Positions 1 through 8,350 of a DNA stretch of 32,000 nucleotides are shown here, one piece after another. The translations under genes were made by a program, and so were the position numbers. Under the pieces are notes generated by a model that saw nothing but the letters and a program-made list of their open reading frames with translations, did not search any database and was not told where the DNA came from. The DNA is from Thermofilum pendens Hrk 5 (GTDB lineage Archaea; Thermoproteota; Thermoprotei; Thermofilales; Thermofilaceae), in contig NC_008698.1 in assembly GCF_000015225.1 (NCBI RefSeq), forward strand, positions 1,110,001 through 1,142,000. The letters are read 5' to 3'. How positions within the stretch are numbered: the first letter of the stretch is position 1; every line of letters starts with the position of its first letter.

Positions 1-1
1 G

Positions 2-541
2 GAGCCTAGGGACGCGGTATCGGAGGTCGCCGTCACCGCCCCTAACGGCTCGCGCTACGAGTACAGGCTCGTAGGCCCCGGGAGCGTAGTCCTCGCGGCG
101 AGCGACGCGGGCAACTGGACCGTCGAGGTGTTCTCGATGAGGCAGGGCTACCTGCCAGCCTACACCGTTGCAGTCGTACCGGTAAGGCCGCGTCCCATCA
201 AGCTTTCCGTCGAGGTCGAAGGACTACCCCTCCTCGGCAGGCCAGCTTTCATAGTCAGAGTGAGCCCCCCTGTACCCGGCATAACCGTAGCTGTGAACTC
301 CTCCAACTGCCTCTACTACGAGGCTCGGACCCTGGAGACGAACTCCTCCGGCGTCGCCGTCTACGAGCCCCCGGTACTCCTGTGCCCGGCTACCATCGAG
401 TTCCGGGCGAGGGGGAGGGGATACACGGAGGCGGTAGAGGTTTACCAGTACGACTACTCGCGCCTAGTCCCCCTATACGCGCTAATCCTGCTCGTCGCAG
501 TCCTGCTCGTAGCCGTGCGTGCAATACGCAAAAAGCATTAA
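2..541 (+). CDS. C-terminal part of a larger extracellular/surface protein with a C-terminal membrane anchor; the 5' end lies outside the window
   Basis: Frame 2 has no stop from base 2 to the ATG at 128 listed in the ORF track, so the gene enters from the left edge. It ends in a hydrophobic helix plus a basic tail (LVPLYALILLVAVLLVAVRAIRKKH). Two N-x-S/T sequons are present (NSSN, NSSG). Confidence 0.6.
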   Translation, partial: EPRDAVSEVAVTAPNGSRYEYRLVGPGSVVLAASDAGNWTVEVFSMRQGYLPAYTVAVVPVRPRPIKLSVEVEGLPLLGRPAFIVRVSPPVPGITVAVNSSNCLYYEARTLETNSSGVAVYEPPVLLCPATIEFRARGRGYTEAVEVYQYDYSRLVPLYALILLVAVLLVAVRAIRKKH

Positions 542-625
542 TCTTGGCTTGGCGATTGAGGTTTGGGATGACGAACAGCCGGAGGGCTTACGGAGCCGTG
601 AAGAGTGCGGCCGTAGCTGATCCGT

Positions 626-638
626 AAAGCTTTTTTAG
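626..638 (+). promoter_or_regulatory. BRE/TATA-like box for the epimerase gene
   Basis: aaagcttttttag is centred about 27 nt upstream of GTG 660. Confidence 0.45.
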
Positions 639-647
639 AGAGTTCTC

Positions 648-1595
648 GTGGCTAGATCCGTGAGGGTACTGGTAACCGGTGGCGCCGGCTTCATCGGTAG
701 CCACCTCGTCGAAAGGCTCGTTGCGCGCGGCTACGAGGTCGTCGTGCTCGACAACCTGTCCTCGGGCTCCCTGGAGAACCTGAGGAGCGTGCTCGGAGAC
801 GTTGAGTTTGTCCGAGGGGACGTGAGGAGCCGGGAGGACGTCGAGAAGGCTCTTCGGGGCGTGGACGCGGTTTTCCACTTCGCCGCGAACCCCGAGGTCA
901 GGGTTGGCGATCCCCGGGAGCACTTCGAGCACAACGTTTTCGCTACGTTCAACGTGCTTGAAGCTATGAGGAGGCTCGGCGTGTCGGACATAGTGTTCGC
1001 TTCTTCGAGCACCGTTTACGGCGACGCCGAGAAGTTGCCGACACCGGAGGACTACGGCCCCCTGAAGCCCATATCCGTGTACGGTGCCTCGAAGCTCGCG
1101 TGCGAGGCGCTCATATCCAGCTACACGCACACGTTCGGCTTCAAGGGGGTTGCGCTTCGCTACGCGAACGTCGTGGGACCGAGGGCTACGAGAGGCGTGG
1201 TGAAGGACTTCGTCAGGAAGCTGAGGGAGAACCCCCGGGTCCTCGAGATACTCGGCGACGGGACCCAGAGGAAGAGCTACGTCTGGATAGAGGACGCGGT
1301 CGAGGCAACCCTGCTGGCCTGGGAGAGGACGGGCGAGGGCTTCGAGGCATACAACGTGGGGAGCGAGGACGCCATAACGGTGAGGGAGGTTGCCGACATA
1401 GTGGTCAGCGCGATGGGCTTGTCGAACGTTGAGTACAGGTTCACCGGTGGCGTGATGGGAGGCAGGGGGTGGGTGGGGGACGTTAAGAACATGCACCTAG
1501 ATATAGGCAAGCTGAAAAAGCTCGGGTGGAGCCCGAGGTACACGAGCAGGGACGCGGTGAGGCTCGCCACTCTCGAAGCGATTAAAGGCGGCTAA
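648..1595 (+). CDS. NAD-dependent sugar-nucleotide epimerase/dehydratase (UDP-glucose 4-epimerase family, SDR extended class)
   Basis: N-terminal Rossmann motif VTGGAGFIGSHL and catalytic YGASK (YxxxK). The in-frame GTG at 660 gives MRVLVTGGAGF and sits about 27 nt after the TATA-like box at 626-638, so 660 may be the true leaderless start. Confidence 0.9.
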   Translation: MARSVRVLVTGGAGFIGSHLVERLVARGYEVVVLDNLSSGSLENLRSVLGDVEFVRGDVRSREDVEKALRGVDAVFHFAANPEVRVGDPREHFEHNVFATFNVLEAMRRLGVSDIVFASSSTVYGDAEKLPTPEDYGPLKPISVYGASKLACEALISSYTHTFGFKGVALRYANVVGPRATRGVVKDFVRKLRENPRVLEILGDGTQRKSYVWIEDAVEATLLAWERTGEGFEAYNVGSEDAITVREVADIVVSAMGLSNVEYRFTGGVMGGRGWVGDVKNMHLDIGKLKKLGWSPRYTSRDAVRLATLEAIKGG

Positions 1596-1598
1596 GCG

Positions 1599-2021
1599 CT
1601 ACTTCTCCCCCAGTGCCCGCTTGAATGCATCGAAGACGGCGAGGAAGCCCTCCGCGGTTATCGTGCCTTCGTGCTTGTACATCCTGGTTATCTTCCCGTT
1701 TTCTCGTACCAGGAAGACGAGAGTGGGGGATACGTGTACGTCGAATATCTCGAAGAGCCTCTTCGCGGTCTCCGAGCGGCAGGATCTCGCGAACCAGTCG
1801 CACAGGACAACAACGAACGTAGCGCCGCTTAGCTCCTTGGTGAGCTTGAACCACGTCTCGTTGAATTTCCTGCACGCCCCGCACATCGTGTTGCTAAAGT
1901 AGACTACGTAGAAGCCGTCGGCGTCCAGGGGGATCTTCTCCGAGAGTACCCAGCGCCCAGCCCCGTACACGTAGACTCCGTTCTGCGACAGCCCCTCCTC
2001 AAGCCTCTCCGTACCTCTCAC
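1599..2021 (-). CDS. thioredoxin-fold protein with a CxxC active site
   Basis: CGAC redox motif in YFSNTMCGACRKF and a cis-Pro-like VSPTLVF downstream. The GTG start overlaps the upstream stop (GTGA). Confidence 0.75.
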   Translation of the reverse strand: MRGTERLEEGLSQNGVYVYGAGRWVLSEKIPLDADGFYVVYFSNTMCGACRKFNETWFKLTKELSGATFVVVLCDWFARSCRSETAKRLFEIFDVHVSPTLVFLVRENGKITRMYKHEGTITAEGFLAVFDAFKRALGEK

Positions 2022-2791
2022 CCCGTGAACTCCTTGAGGAGCGGCTGGTAAACAGAGTTTGCTACCGTTGCCTTAAGCACGAAGTCCAGCGCTATCAAGA
2101 CGAGCGCGTAGAGCAATAGCCTCCTAGCCTCGTCCTCCACGACGAGCCTTCTCTGGGAAAACACCAGCACCGCGATTCTCGACAGCGCGACTCCCAGGAA
2201 AACGTAGCCGACGACCCTCAGGACGGCGTAGACTTGCCACGAAAGGAGGGCTACCTGCAGGAGGTAGCCCGGCTTCGCATGGGCGAGCAGGACGCCGACG
2301 TAGTAGTTCATGTAGTTCAGCAGGATAGCGCCCATGAGGAGCCCCAGCAACCCGGCGGAGGCGGCGGTAGCCGCGGCGAACAACGCTACCTCGCGTAGCT
2401 TCGGGATTAGAAAGAGGCTGATGTCCCCCTCCGCGCCCCTCCCGGTGGCTATCCACTCGAACATCTCCTTAACGTAGCTCTCCCCGTTAATCACTCTCGC
2501 CGACGCCCAGCCTCTCGAGTTATAGGACGCGGCAATAACTGGTAGCGACACCGAGACAGCCCACACCAGGACGGTCAGCGCCGCTACCCATAGCCTCCCG
2601 CCCCTCACGTGCCTGAAGAAGAAGGGGTAGACGGCGGCCACCTGGAGCGCTGGTAGCAGTAGCTGGTTAACCGCGGCGAGCTCGAGCCCCAAGTAGGTGG
2701 CAACAGCACCGAGGGACGCCACGGTCACTACTTCTTCGAGTAGCCGCGCGCGCGGCGCTGTCTTCTCGCTGAAAGGCTTAAACCCAGCCAT
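2018..2791 (-). CDS. integral membrane protein of unknown function
   Basis: 257-aa ORF with several long hydrophobic segments and no cysteine. It is translationally coupled (4-nt overlap) to the thioredoxin-like gene. A TATA-like box lies about 25 nt upstream of its ATG. Confidence 0.7.
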   Translation of the reverse strand: MAGFKPFSEKTAPRARLLEEVVTVASLGAVATYLGLELAAVNQLLLPALQVAAVYPFFFRHVRGGRLWVAALTVLVWAVSVSLPVIAASYNSRGWASARVINGESYVKEMFEWIATGRGAEGDISLFLIPKLREVALFAAATAASAGLLGLLMGAILLNYMNYYVGVLLAHAKPGYLLQVALLSWQVYAVLRVVGYVFLGVALSRIAVLVFSQRRLVVEDEARRLLLYALVLIALDFVLKATVANSVYQPLLKEFTG

Positions 2792-2810
2792 GGTTCGCCA
2801 CGGTTGAAAG

Positions 2811-2862
2811 AAGAGTATAAAGCATTAAAAACTTGCTAGCGAAAAAGCAAAGCTTTTTAGCG
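2811..2862. promoter_or_regulatory. divergent promoter region with two TATA-like boxes
   Basis: gtataaag (minus strand ctttatac) lies about 25 nt from the minus-strand ATG at 2791. aaagctttttag at 2848-2860 lies about 28 nt from the plus-strand ATG at 2883. Confidence 0.5.
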
Positions 2863-2882
2863 CATCCCGGGTATAACTTCCA

Positions 2883-3614
2883 ATGTACGCGGTTCAGGTA
2901 GAGAATCTGACCAAGGTTTTCGGGAACTTCCAGGCGCTGAGAGGGGTTAGCTTCGCCGTCGAGGAGGGCGAGGTTTTCGGGTTGATAGGCCCTAACGGTG
3001 CCGGGAAGACGACTACCTTCAGGATACTCGCGGGGCTCCTACCCCCGACTTCCGGCAAGGTCCTCGTGCTCGGCAAGGCGCCCGGCTCCCCTGAGCTCAA
3101 GAGGGTGGTAACCTACCTGCCGGAGGACGCCGGCACTTACAGGAACCTCACGGGCTACGAGTTCCTCAGAATGGTCTCCGAGCTTTACTTCGGGAGAAGC
3201 AGGGAGGCCGAGGAGGCCTTGGAGCTCGGGGTCAAGATAGCGTCGCTGGGCGAGAAGATACACGAGAAGATGAAGGGGTACAGCAAGGGGATGAAAAGGA
3301 GGATACAGGTAGCCAGGGCCCTCATGGTGAAGCCGCGCCTAGCCATACTGGACGAGCCCACCGTGGGGCTGGACGTCGTGCACGCGAAGGAGATAAGGAC
3401 ACTGATCAAGGAATTCGCCAGGGAGCACGGCTCCACGATCCTCCTATCGAGCCACAACATGCTCGAAGTGGAGGATGTCTGCGGCGAGGTCGCGATAATC
3501 GATCGGGGGGTGGTGCTCCTGCAGGGCAAGGTGAGGGATCTCCTCAGCGAGCACGGGGCGCGCAACCTGGAAGAGCTGTTCTTCATGGTCGCCGGTAGGG
3601 GTGAGGCGATGTGA
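2883..3614 (+). CDS. ABC transporter ATP-binding protein (ABC-2 exporter type)
   Basis: Walker A GPNGAGKTT, signature-like YSKGMKRR, Walker B LAILDEPTVGLD, H-loop SSHNM. Confidence 0.92.
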   Translation: MYAVQVENLTKVFGNFQALRGVSFAVEEGEVFGLIGPNGAGKTTTFRILAGLLPPTSGKVLVLGKAPGSPELKRVVTYLPEDAGTYRNLTGYEFLRMVSELYFGRSREAEEALELGVKIASLGEKIHEKMKGYSKGMKRRIQVARALMVKPRLAILDEPTVGLDVVHAKEIRTLIKEFAREHGSTILLSSHNMLEVEDVCGEVAIIDRGVVLLQGKVRDLLSEHGARNLEELFFMVAGRGEAM

Positions 3615-4927
3615 TGCGTATACGCGTGCTGGTAGCCAAGGAGGTTAAGGACACGCTCCGCGACCCCCGGATAATAATCCCCTTCGTAATATCGGCCCTT
3701 ATCCTGCCAGTAATAGGGCTCGCGGTCTCCATACCCATGAAGGCCGCCGTGCAACAGGCCGTCGAGGGCGCGAAGGTAGTAGCGGTCATCGACTTGGACC
3801 GCACGGCGTACAGCAGGGAGTTCGTCGAATGGCTGCGCTCTAAGCTCAGCGTTGTAGAGCTACCGGCGGACTACGCGGGCAACGTTGAGAAAGCCGCGGA
3901 AGCGGCTTCGGCGAAGGGGGCTAGTGTCATCCTGGTGCTGGACAAGGGCTTCGGCGAGAGCCTCTCGGCGCGCAGGAGGGCGGAGGTACGCGTTATAAGC
4001 GTCGTAGACGAGATATACTTCCTCGCGGGGGTAGAGTCCAGCTCGGTTCAACGGCTGGTAGACGACTTCGCTCTCTCGAAGATCCTCGAGGGAACGGGCA
4101 TTGCGCCGGGGGTTGTTCGGAGGCCCGTGAACTTCTCGGAGGAGACGTACGTCAAGGCGAAGGGGGTGGCGTTGCCGTACCCGCCAGCCGCTCTCGCTGG
4201 GATCTCGATGTCCGTGATGCTTGTACCCATGATAGTCCTCTCGATGGCTATGGTTGTCATGCAGATGTCCGCCACCTCGGCGGCAGTCGAGAACGAGGAG
4301 AAAACGCTGGAAACGCTCCTCACGCTTCCCGTGACTAGCACCGAGATACTGCTCTCGAAGCTTGCCGGCATGTTCATAGTATCGCTCGTGGGGTCGGCGC
4401 TCGAAGTCATAGGCCTAGTGCTCTACCTCCAAACCTTCGCCTGGGCTATGACGGGACCATCAGCCGCGGAAGGTCTCCTCGGCTCCGCGGGGGGTCTTTC
4501 CCAGTTCGTCGGAACCGGGGACGTAGCCCTCCTGGCCGCAAGCCTCGTGCTCTCCCTCCTCTTCTCGGCCGCTATCGGCGTGATGGTCGGCGCGCTGAGC
4601 AAAGACGTGAGAATTGCGAGCACGTTGATGAGCCCTATAGCCATGCTCGTACTAATACCAGGCTACATCGTGGCGTTTGCCCCCTCGAGGTTCCTCGGAG
4701 TCTACCTGAAAACCCTACTCTACGTGGTCCCGGTGACCCAGCCGGTAGTGATGTCCAGGGATATCATCGGCGCACGGGTACCGCCGGAGGCGCCCCTCTA
4801 CCTCCTCGCCTCGTTGACTCTATCCCTAGCGGTGATGTACCTGGCGGGCAAGTTCTTCTCGCTGGAGACACTGTCATCCCTGCAGTACAGGGTCGAGCGG
4901 ATAGCATCGAGGCTTAAGCGGAAATAG
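3611..4927 (+). CDS. ABC-2 family permease (NatB-like) with a large extracytoplasmic loop after TM1
   Basis: It overlaps the stop of the ATPase gene. The N-terminus VLVAKEVKDTLRDPRIIIPF is typical of ABC-2/NatB permeases, and the C-terminal half has multiple TM helices. Confidence 0.8.
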   Translation: MMRIRVLVAKEVKDTLRDPRIIIPFVISALILPVIGLAVSIPMKAAVQQAVEGAKVVAVIDLDRTAYSREFVEWLRSKLSVVELPADYAGNVEKAAEAASAKGASVILVLDKGFGESLSARRRAEVRVISVVDEIYFLAGVESSSVQRLVDDFALSKILEGTGIAPGVVRRPVNFSEETYVKAKGVALPYPPAALAGISMSVMLVPMIVLSMAMVVMQMSATSAAVENEEKTLETLLTLPVTSTEILLSKLAGMFIVSLVGSALEVIGLVLYLQTFAWAMTGPSAAEGLLGSAGGLSQFVGTGDVALLAASLVLSLLFSAAIGVMVGALSKDVRIASTLMSPIAMLVLIPGYIVAFAPSRFLGVYLKTLLYVVPVTQPVVMSRDIIGARVPPEAPLYLLASLTLSLAVMYLAGKFFSLETLSSLQYRVERIASRLKRK

Positions 4928-5003
4928 AGGGATACCTAGAATAACGAGTGTATTTTCTTCCCTGAAAACGATCTAATCTCTGTGAAGATAAAAGCATTTC
5001 CAC

Positions 5004-5019
5004 GAAAGTTTATTAGAAG
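5004..5019 (+). promoter_or_regulatory. TATA-like box for the sugar ABC operon
   Basis: gaaagtttattagaag sits in a 115-nt AT-rich intergenic region, about 31 nt upstream of ATG 5043. Confidence 0.45.
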
Positions 5020-5042
5020 TAATAGTTGAACAGTAACACGCT

Positions 5043-6551
5043 ATGAGCCAGAAAAAAGGCCTGCAGAAGACCACAGCGATACTGCTCGTAGTAGTCCTGC
5101 TGGTAGGGCTACTAGCCGGCTACTTCATAGGAGTTTCCACTGCGCCGAAAGCCCCCGCGGAGGAGGTAGTGCCCAAATCCCAGTACGAGCAGCTACAGAA
5201 GGAGCTCGAGTCCGTAAAGGCTCAGCTACAGCAGATGGCCGCGCAGCAGGGCAAGCCTGTCGAGATAGTAATCACCGCGTGGACTCAGGGGCCCGAAAGG
5301 GAGTCGATATACAGGCAGCTGAACCTCGTAGAAGCGGCTAACAGGCTGAACCAGATATTCAAGGTGGTGGGCGTCCCGGCGACTGTCAAGGTTGAGGGAG
5401 ACTTCTCCACGGCGTCTTGGACGGATTACAGGAAGAAGGTATTCCTGGCGCTTGAAGGCGGGACGGGGCCCTGCATATTCCAGATGGAGCACGTGTGGTC
5501 TGCGGTTCTCGCTGAGAACGGGTGGATAATCCCGCTCGACGACTACGTGAAGAAGTACTGGAACTGGACGTACTATGACATCATCCCCGGCCTATGGTCC
5601 TCCGTGACCTACAAGGGGAAGATATGGGGCATTCCGCAGGACACGGAGGCCAGGCCGATCTACTTCAACAAGCTCCTCCTCAAGAAGCTCGGGTGGACCG
5701 ACGAGCAGATAAACGCACTCCCTGAGAAGATCAGAAGGGGCGAGTTCACGCTCCAGGACATGTTGATGGTAGCGAAGGAGGCTGTCGACAAGGGAGTCGT
5801 GGCGCCTGGCTACGGCATCTGGCACCGCCCGACTGCTGGCCCTGACTGGCCCATAGTATACCTGGCATTCGGAGGCAAGCTTTACGACGAGACCAGCGGG
5901 AAGCTAGTAGCGGACATGAAGGTTTGGAAGAAGGTCTTCGACTGGTTCTACGCGGCCTCGATGCAGAAGTATAAGGTGATAACGGATAAGATGACGTCGC
6001 TCGACTGGAACAGGGACGTTCACCCAACAATAGTAGCCGGTAAAGTATTGTTCTGGATGGGAGGAACGTGGCACAAGGGGCAGTGGGTCGGCTCCTTCAA
6101 CCTCTCCGAGAGCAAGTTCTGGGAAATGTTCGGCTTCGCCCTCTACCCCGCAGGCGAGCCGGGACTTAAGCCTGTCACCCTCTCGCAACCACAGGCTTAC
6201 TTCATCTCGAAGACATGCAAGTACCCGGAGATCGCGTTCCTCATAATAACCCTGGCTACCGACCCCTACCTCAACTCGTTGCACGCCGTTAAAAGCGCAC
6301 ACCTAGCGATAATGTACCGGCAGCTGTCCGACCCTGTATACACGAAGGACAAGTTCCTCGCTATGACGGGCTACATGGTAGAGTACGCGCAGTACCAGCC
6401 GATGCACCCGAGATGGGGAGACTACAACACGATAATATTCAATACGATAAAGGGTATCGAGACAGGGCAGTTCGACGCCGACCAGGCTCTGCAGGTCTTC
6501 AAGCAGAACCTCCAGTCCACGCTTGGCGATAACGTAATAATAAAAGAATAA
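5043..6551 (+). CDS. sugar ABC transporter substrate-binding protein (CUT1 / solute-binding family 1), membrane anchored
   Basis: It is the first gene of a four-gene ABC importer cluster. It has an N-terminal TM anchor (TAILLVVVLLVGLLAGYFIGV) followed by a coiled-coil-like linker, and its size and composition fit a solute-binding protein. Confidence 0.8.
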   Translation: MSQKKGLQKTTAILLVVVLLVGLLAGYFIGVSTAPKAPAEEVVPKSQYEQLQKELESVKAQLQQMAAQQGKPVEIVITAWTQGPERESIYRQLNLVEAANRLNQIFKVVGVPATVKVEGDFSTASWTDYRKKVFLALEGGTGPCIFQMEHVWSAVLAENGWIIPLDDYVKKYWNWTYYDIIPGLWSSVTYKGKIWGIPQDTEARPIYFNKLLLKKLGWTDEQINALPEKIRRGEFTLQDMLMVAKEAVDKGVVAPGYGIWHRPTAGPDWPIVYLAFGGKLYDETSGKLVADMKVWKKVFDWFYAASMQKYKVITDKMTSLDWNRDVHPTIVAGKVLFWMGGTWHKGQWVGSFNLSESKFWEMFGFALYPAGEPGLKPVTLSQPQAYFISKTCKYPEIAFLIITLATDPYLNSLHAVKSAHLAIMYRQLSDPVYTKDKFLAMTGYMVEYAQYQPMHPRWGDYNTIIFNTIKGIETGQFDADQALQVFKQNLQSTLGDNVIIKE

Positions 6552-6571
6552 ATAAAAAAATGTATTTTTTT
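6552..6571 (+). terminator. A7/T7 element after the binding-protein gene (possible intra-operon attenuator or terminator)
   Basis: ataaaaaaatgtattttttt follows the TAA at 6549-6551. The T7 run at 6565-6571 is an archaeal oligo-T signal. The A7 and T7 runs could pair. It is followed at once by the GGTGA Shine-Dalgarno-like sequence of the next gene. Confidence 0.45.
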
Positions 6572-6582
6572 GGTGATGAAGT

Positions 6583-7497
6583 ATGGTGCGGCTTTCTAGG
6601 AGGATGTCGAAATACCTCGTCATGGCGCTCTTCCTCCTTCCCGCCGCGGCGATCATAGTGCTTTTCCTAGTCGTACCCTCCGTACTCACTATCCTAATCT
6701 CTTTAACAAACCTTGACTACAGGTTTAAGTGGGAGTGGGTCGGTCTCTCTAACTACCAGACGTTCGTCTCGGATCCTAACACGCCGATATTCGTTAGGAA
6801 CACCATAATATACGTTACCGGTACCCTCGCTTTCAACGTCGGGGTCGGCCTCCTTCTTGCGCTTCTCTCCACGCACGTTCACGATGCGCTAGGAACCTTC
6901 ATGAGGGCTGCCTGGTACCTGCCGAGGGTTCTTCCGAGCGTTATATGGGCTTTCGTAATGATGTGGATATTCTCACCTATGGATACGGGCTTCCTGAACT
7001 CGTTGCTGAAGAGCGCTGGCCTCTCGCCGGTACCCTGGACCTTCAAGTATTACTGGCCCTTCCTCTACATAGTTAACGGCTTTATAGGGTGTAGCCTGGG
7101 AATGGTCATCTTCAGTAGCGCGATCAAGTCGATACCCCAGGACCTCATAGTCGCCGCCAAGGTTGACGGTGCGTCAGGTCTGACGATCGTGAGGAGGATA
7201 ATACTGCCCCTAATCAAGTGGCACATAGCCTTCGTGGTCGCCTACCAGACCCTCTCCCTGCTAGCCTCCTTCGAGTACATACTGCTCACCCTGGACGGGG
7301 GACCGGGCTACTACTCCACGGAGGTCATGATCCTGCAAGCGTACCACCTGGCGTTCGGGCAGTACCTCGCCGCCATGAGGTACGGCTACGCCGCAGTCTT
7401 CGTGACAATACTCCTGGTGATAGGCCTTGTCCTCTCGGTAGTGTACTGGAAGGTCTTCCGCCTGCATAAACTTATGGCGGAGCCTGTGCTCGAGTGA
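6583..7497 (+). CDS. sugar ABC transporter permease (MalF/UgpA-like)
   Basis: EAA-loop motif AAKVDGASGLTIVRRIILPLIK and a polytopic profile. GGTGA Shine-Dalgarno-like sequence 6 nt upstream of the ATG. Confidence 0.9.
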   Translation: MVRLSRRMSKYLVMALFLLPAAAIIVLFLVVPSVLTILISLTNLDYRFKWEWVGLSNYQTFVSDPNTPIFVRNTIIYVTGTLAFNVGVGLLLALLSTHVHDALGTFMRAAWYLPRVLPSVIWAFVMMWIFSPMDTGFLNSLLKSAGLSPVPWTFKYYWPFLYIVNGFIGCSLGMVIFSSAIKSIPQDLIVAAKVDGASGLTIVRRIILPLIKWHIAFVVAYQTLSLLASFEYILLTLDGGPGYYSTEVMILQAYHLAFGQYLAAMRYGYAAVFVTILLVIGLVLSVVYWKVFRLHKLMAEPVLE

Positions 7498-7507
7498 GGT
7501 GGTGTGC

Positions 7508-8344
7508 ATGAAGATTAGGAGCCTAGCTCTGCACATGATCGCTCTGGCAGTAGCTGTTATACCGCTAGTGCCCCTCGTCCTACTGTTAGCGCTCGCATTC
7601 AGCGAAAGCCAGGTTGACATAAGGGGCTTCACGCTGAGGAACTTCGACTTTCTGAGAAACGGGGTTCTCTTCGCGGAGGATCCTGTGTACAGCAAGCTCT
7701 ACCCGAATGTGTATACGGTAGCCTTCAACACTTTCCTCCTCGCGCTAGGAAACATGCTTATCGTAGTGTTGATATCCTCCATGGCTGGGTACATAATCTC
7801 GAGGTACAGCTTCAAGGGTAGGAGCGCCCTCCTGGGATCCTTCCTCGTCATACACGGCGTGCCGGCATCTGTTTTGCTGATTGCGCTGTACTACATGCTG
7901 AAATCCATGGGTCTGCTCAATACTCTGCTCGGAGTGGTACTCGTAAAGGTGGCCGTGGACCTGCCTCTTGGAGTCTGGGTGCTGAAAGGCTTCTACGACA
8001 GCATTCCGTGGGACATAGAGATAGCTAGCCTGGTAGACGGCTCTAGCAGGCTGGGCGCCTTCTTCCGCGTTATGCTACCGCTCGTCAAGCCGGGGATATT
8101 CGCCGTGGGTCTTTTCTCCTTCCTTAGCGGGTGGGGTGAGTACATCTTCGTGTACACGTTCATCCAGTCCTCGACGAACTGGACGTTCTCGCTTCTAATA
8201 CGGAGCCTCATCGGGGAGATGGGAGGCATAAACCTCGCGCTGATAGCCGCGCTGAGCATAATTTATCTAATACCAGTCATCGTGATATTCGTGGTCGGTG
8301 AAAAGTACTTAGTGAGAGTCACGGTAGGCGGTGTAAAGGGGTGA
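7508..8344 (+). CDS. sugar ABC transporter permease (MalG/UgpE-like)
   Basis: EAA-loop motif ASLVDGSSRLGAFFRVMLPLVKPG. The ORF opens at GTG 7499, but GAGGTGGTG at 7494-7504 (it overlaps the upstream TGA stop at 7495-7497) favours ATG 7508. Confidence 0.9.
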   Translation: MKIRSLALHMIALAVAVIPLVPLVLLLALAFSESQVDIRGFTLRNFDFLRNGVLFAEDPVYSKLYPNVYTVAFNTFLLALGNMLIVVLISSMAGYIISRYSFKGRSALLGSFLVIHGVPASVLLIALYYMLKSMGLLNTLLGVVLVKVAVDLPLGVWVLKGFYDSIPWDIEIASLVDGSSRLGAFFRVMLPLVKPGIFAVGLFSFLSGWGEYIFVYTFIQSSTNWTFSLLIRSLIGEMGGINLALIAALSIIYLIPVIVIFVVGEKYLVRVTVGGVKG

Positions 8345-8350
8345 GGGGGA

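Noticed and set aside
382-627. 81-aa ORF overlapping the end of the first gene and the intergenic region
   Set aside because: It lies in an alternative frame of a gene with a convincing membrane-anchor ending. The product is Arg/Pro/Gly-rich low-complexity sequence.
588-1496. 302-aa ORF antisense to the epimerase gene
   Set aside because: Shadow ORFs are expected in high-GC DNA. The product is Arg/Pro/His/Gly-rich with no motifs, while the plus strand carries clear Rossmann and YxxxK signatures.
1599-2791. Idea that the membrane protein and the coupled thioredoxin-like protein form a DsbD/CcdA- or DsbB-like thiol relay
   Set aside because: The 257-aa membrane protein contains no cysteine, so it cannot shuttle disulfides. 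The thioredoxin-like protein has no signal peptide. Only translational coupling remains as an observation.
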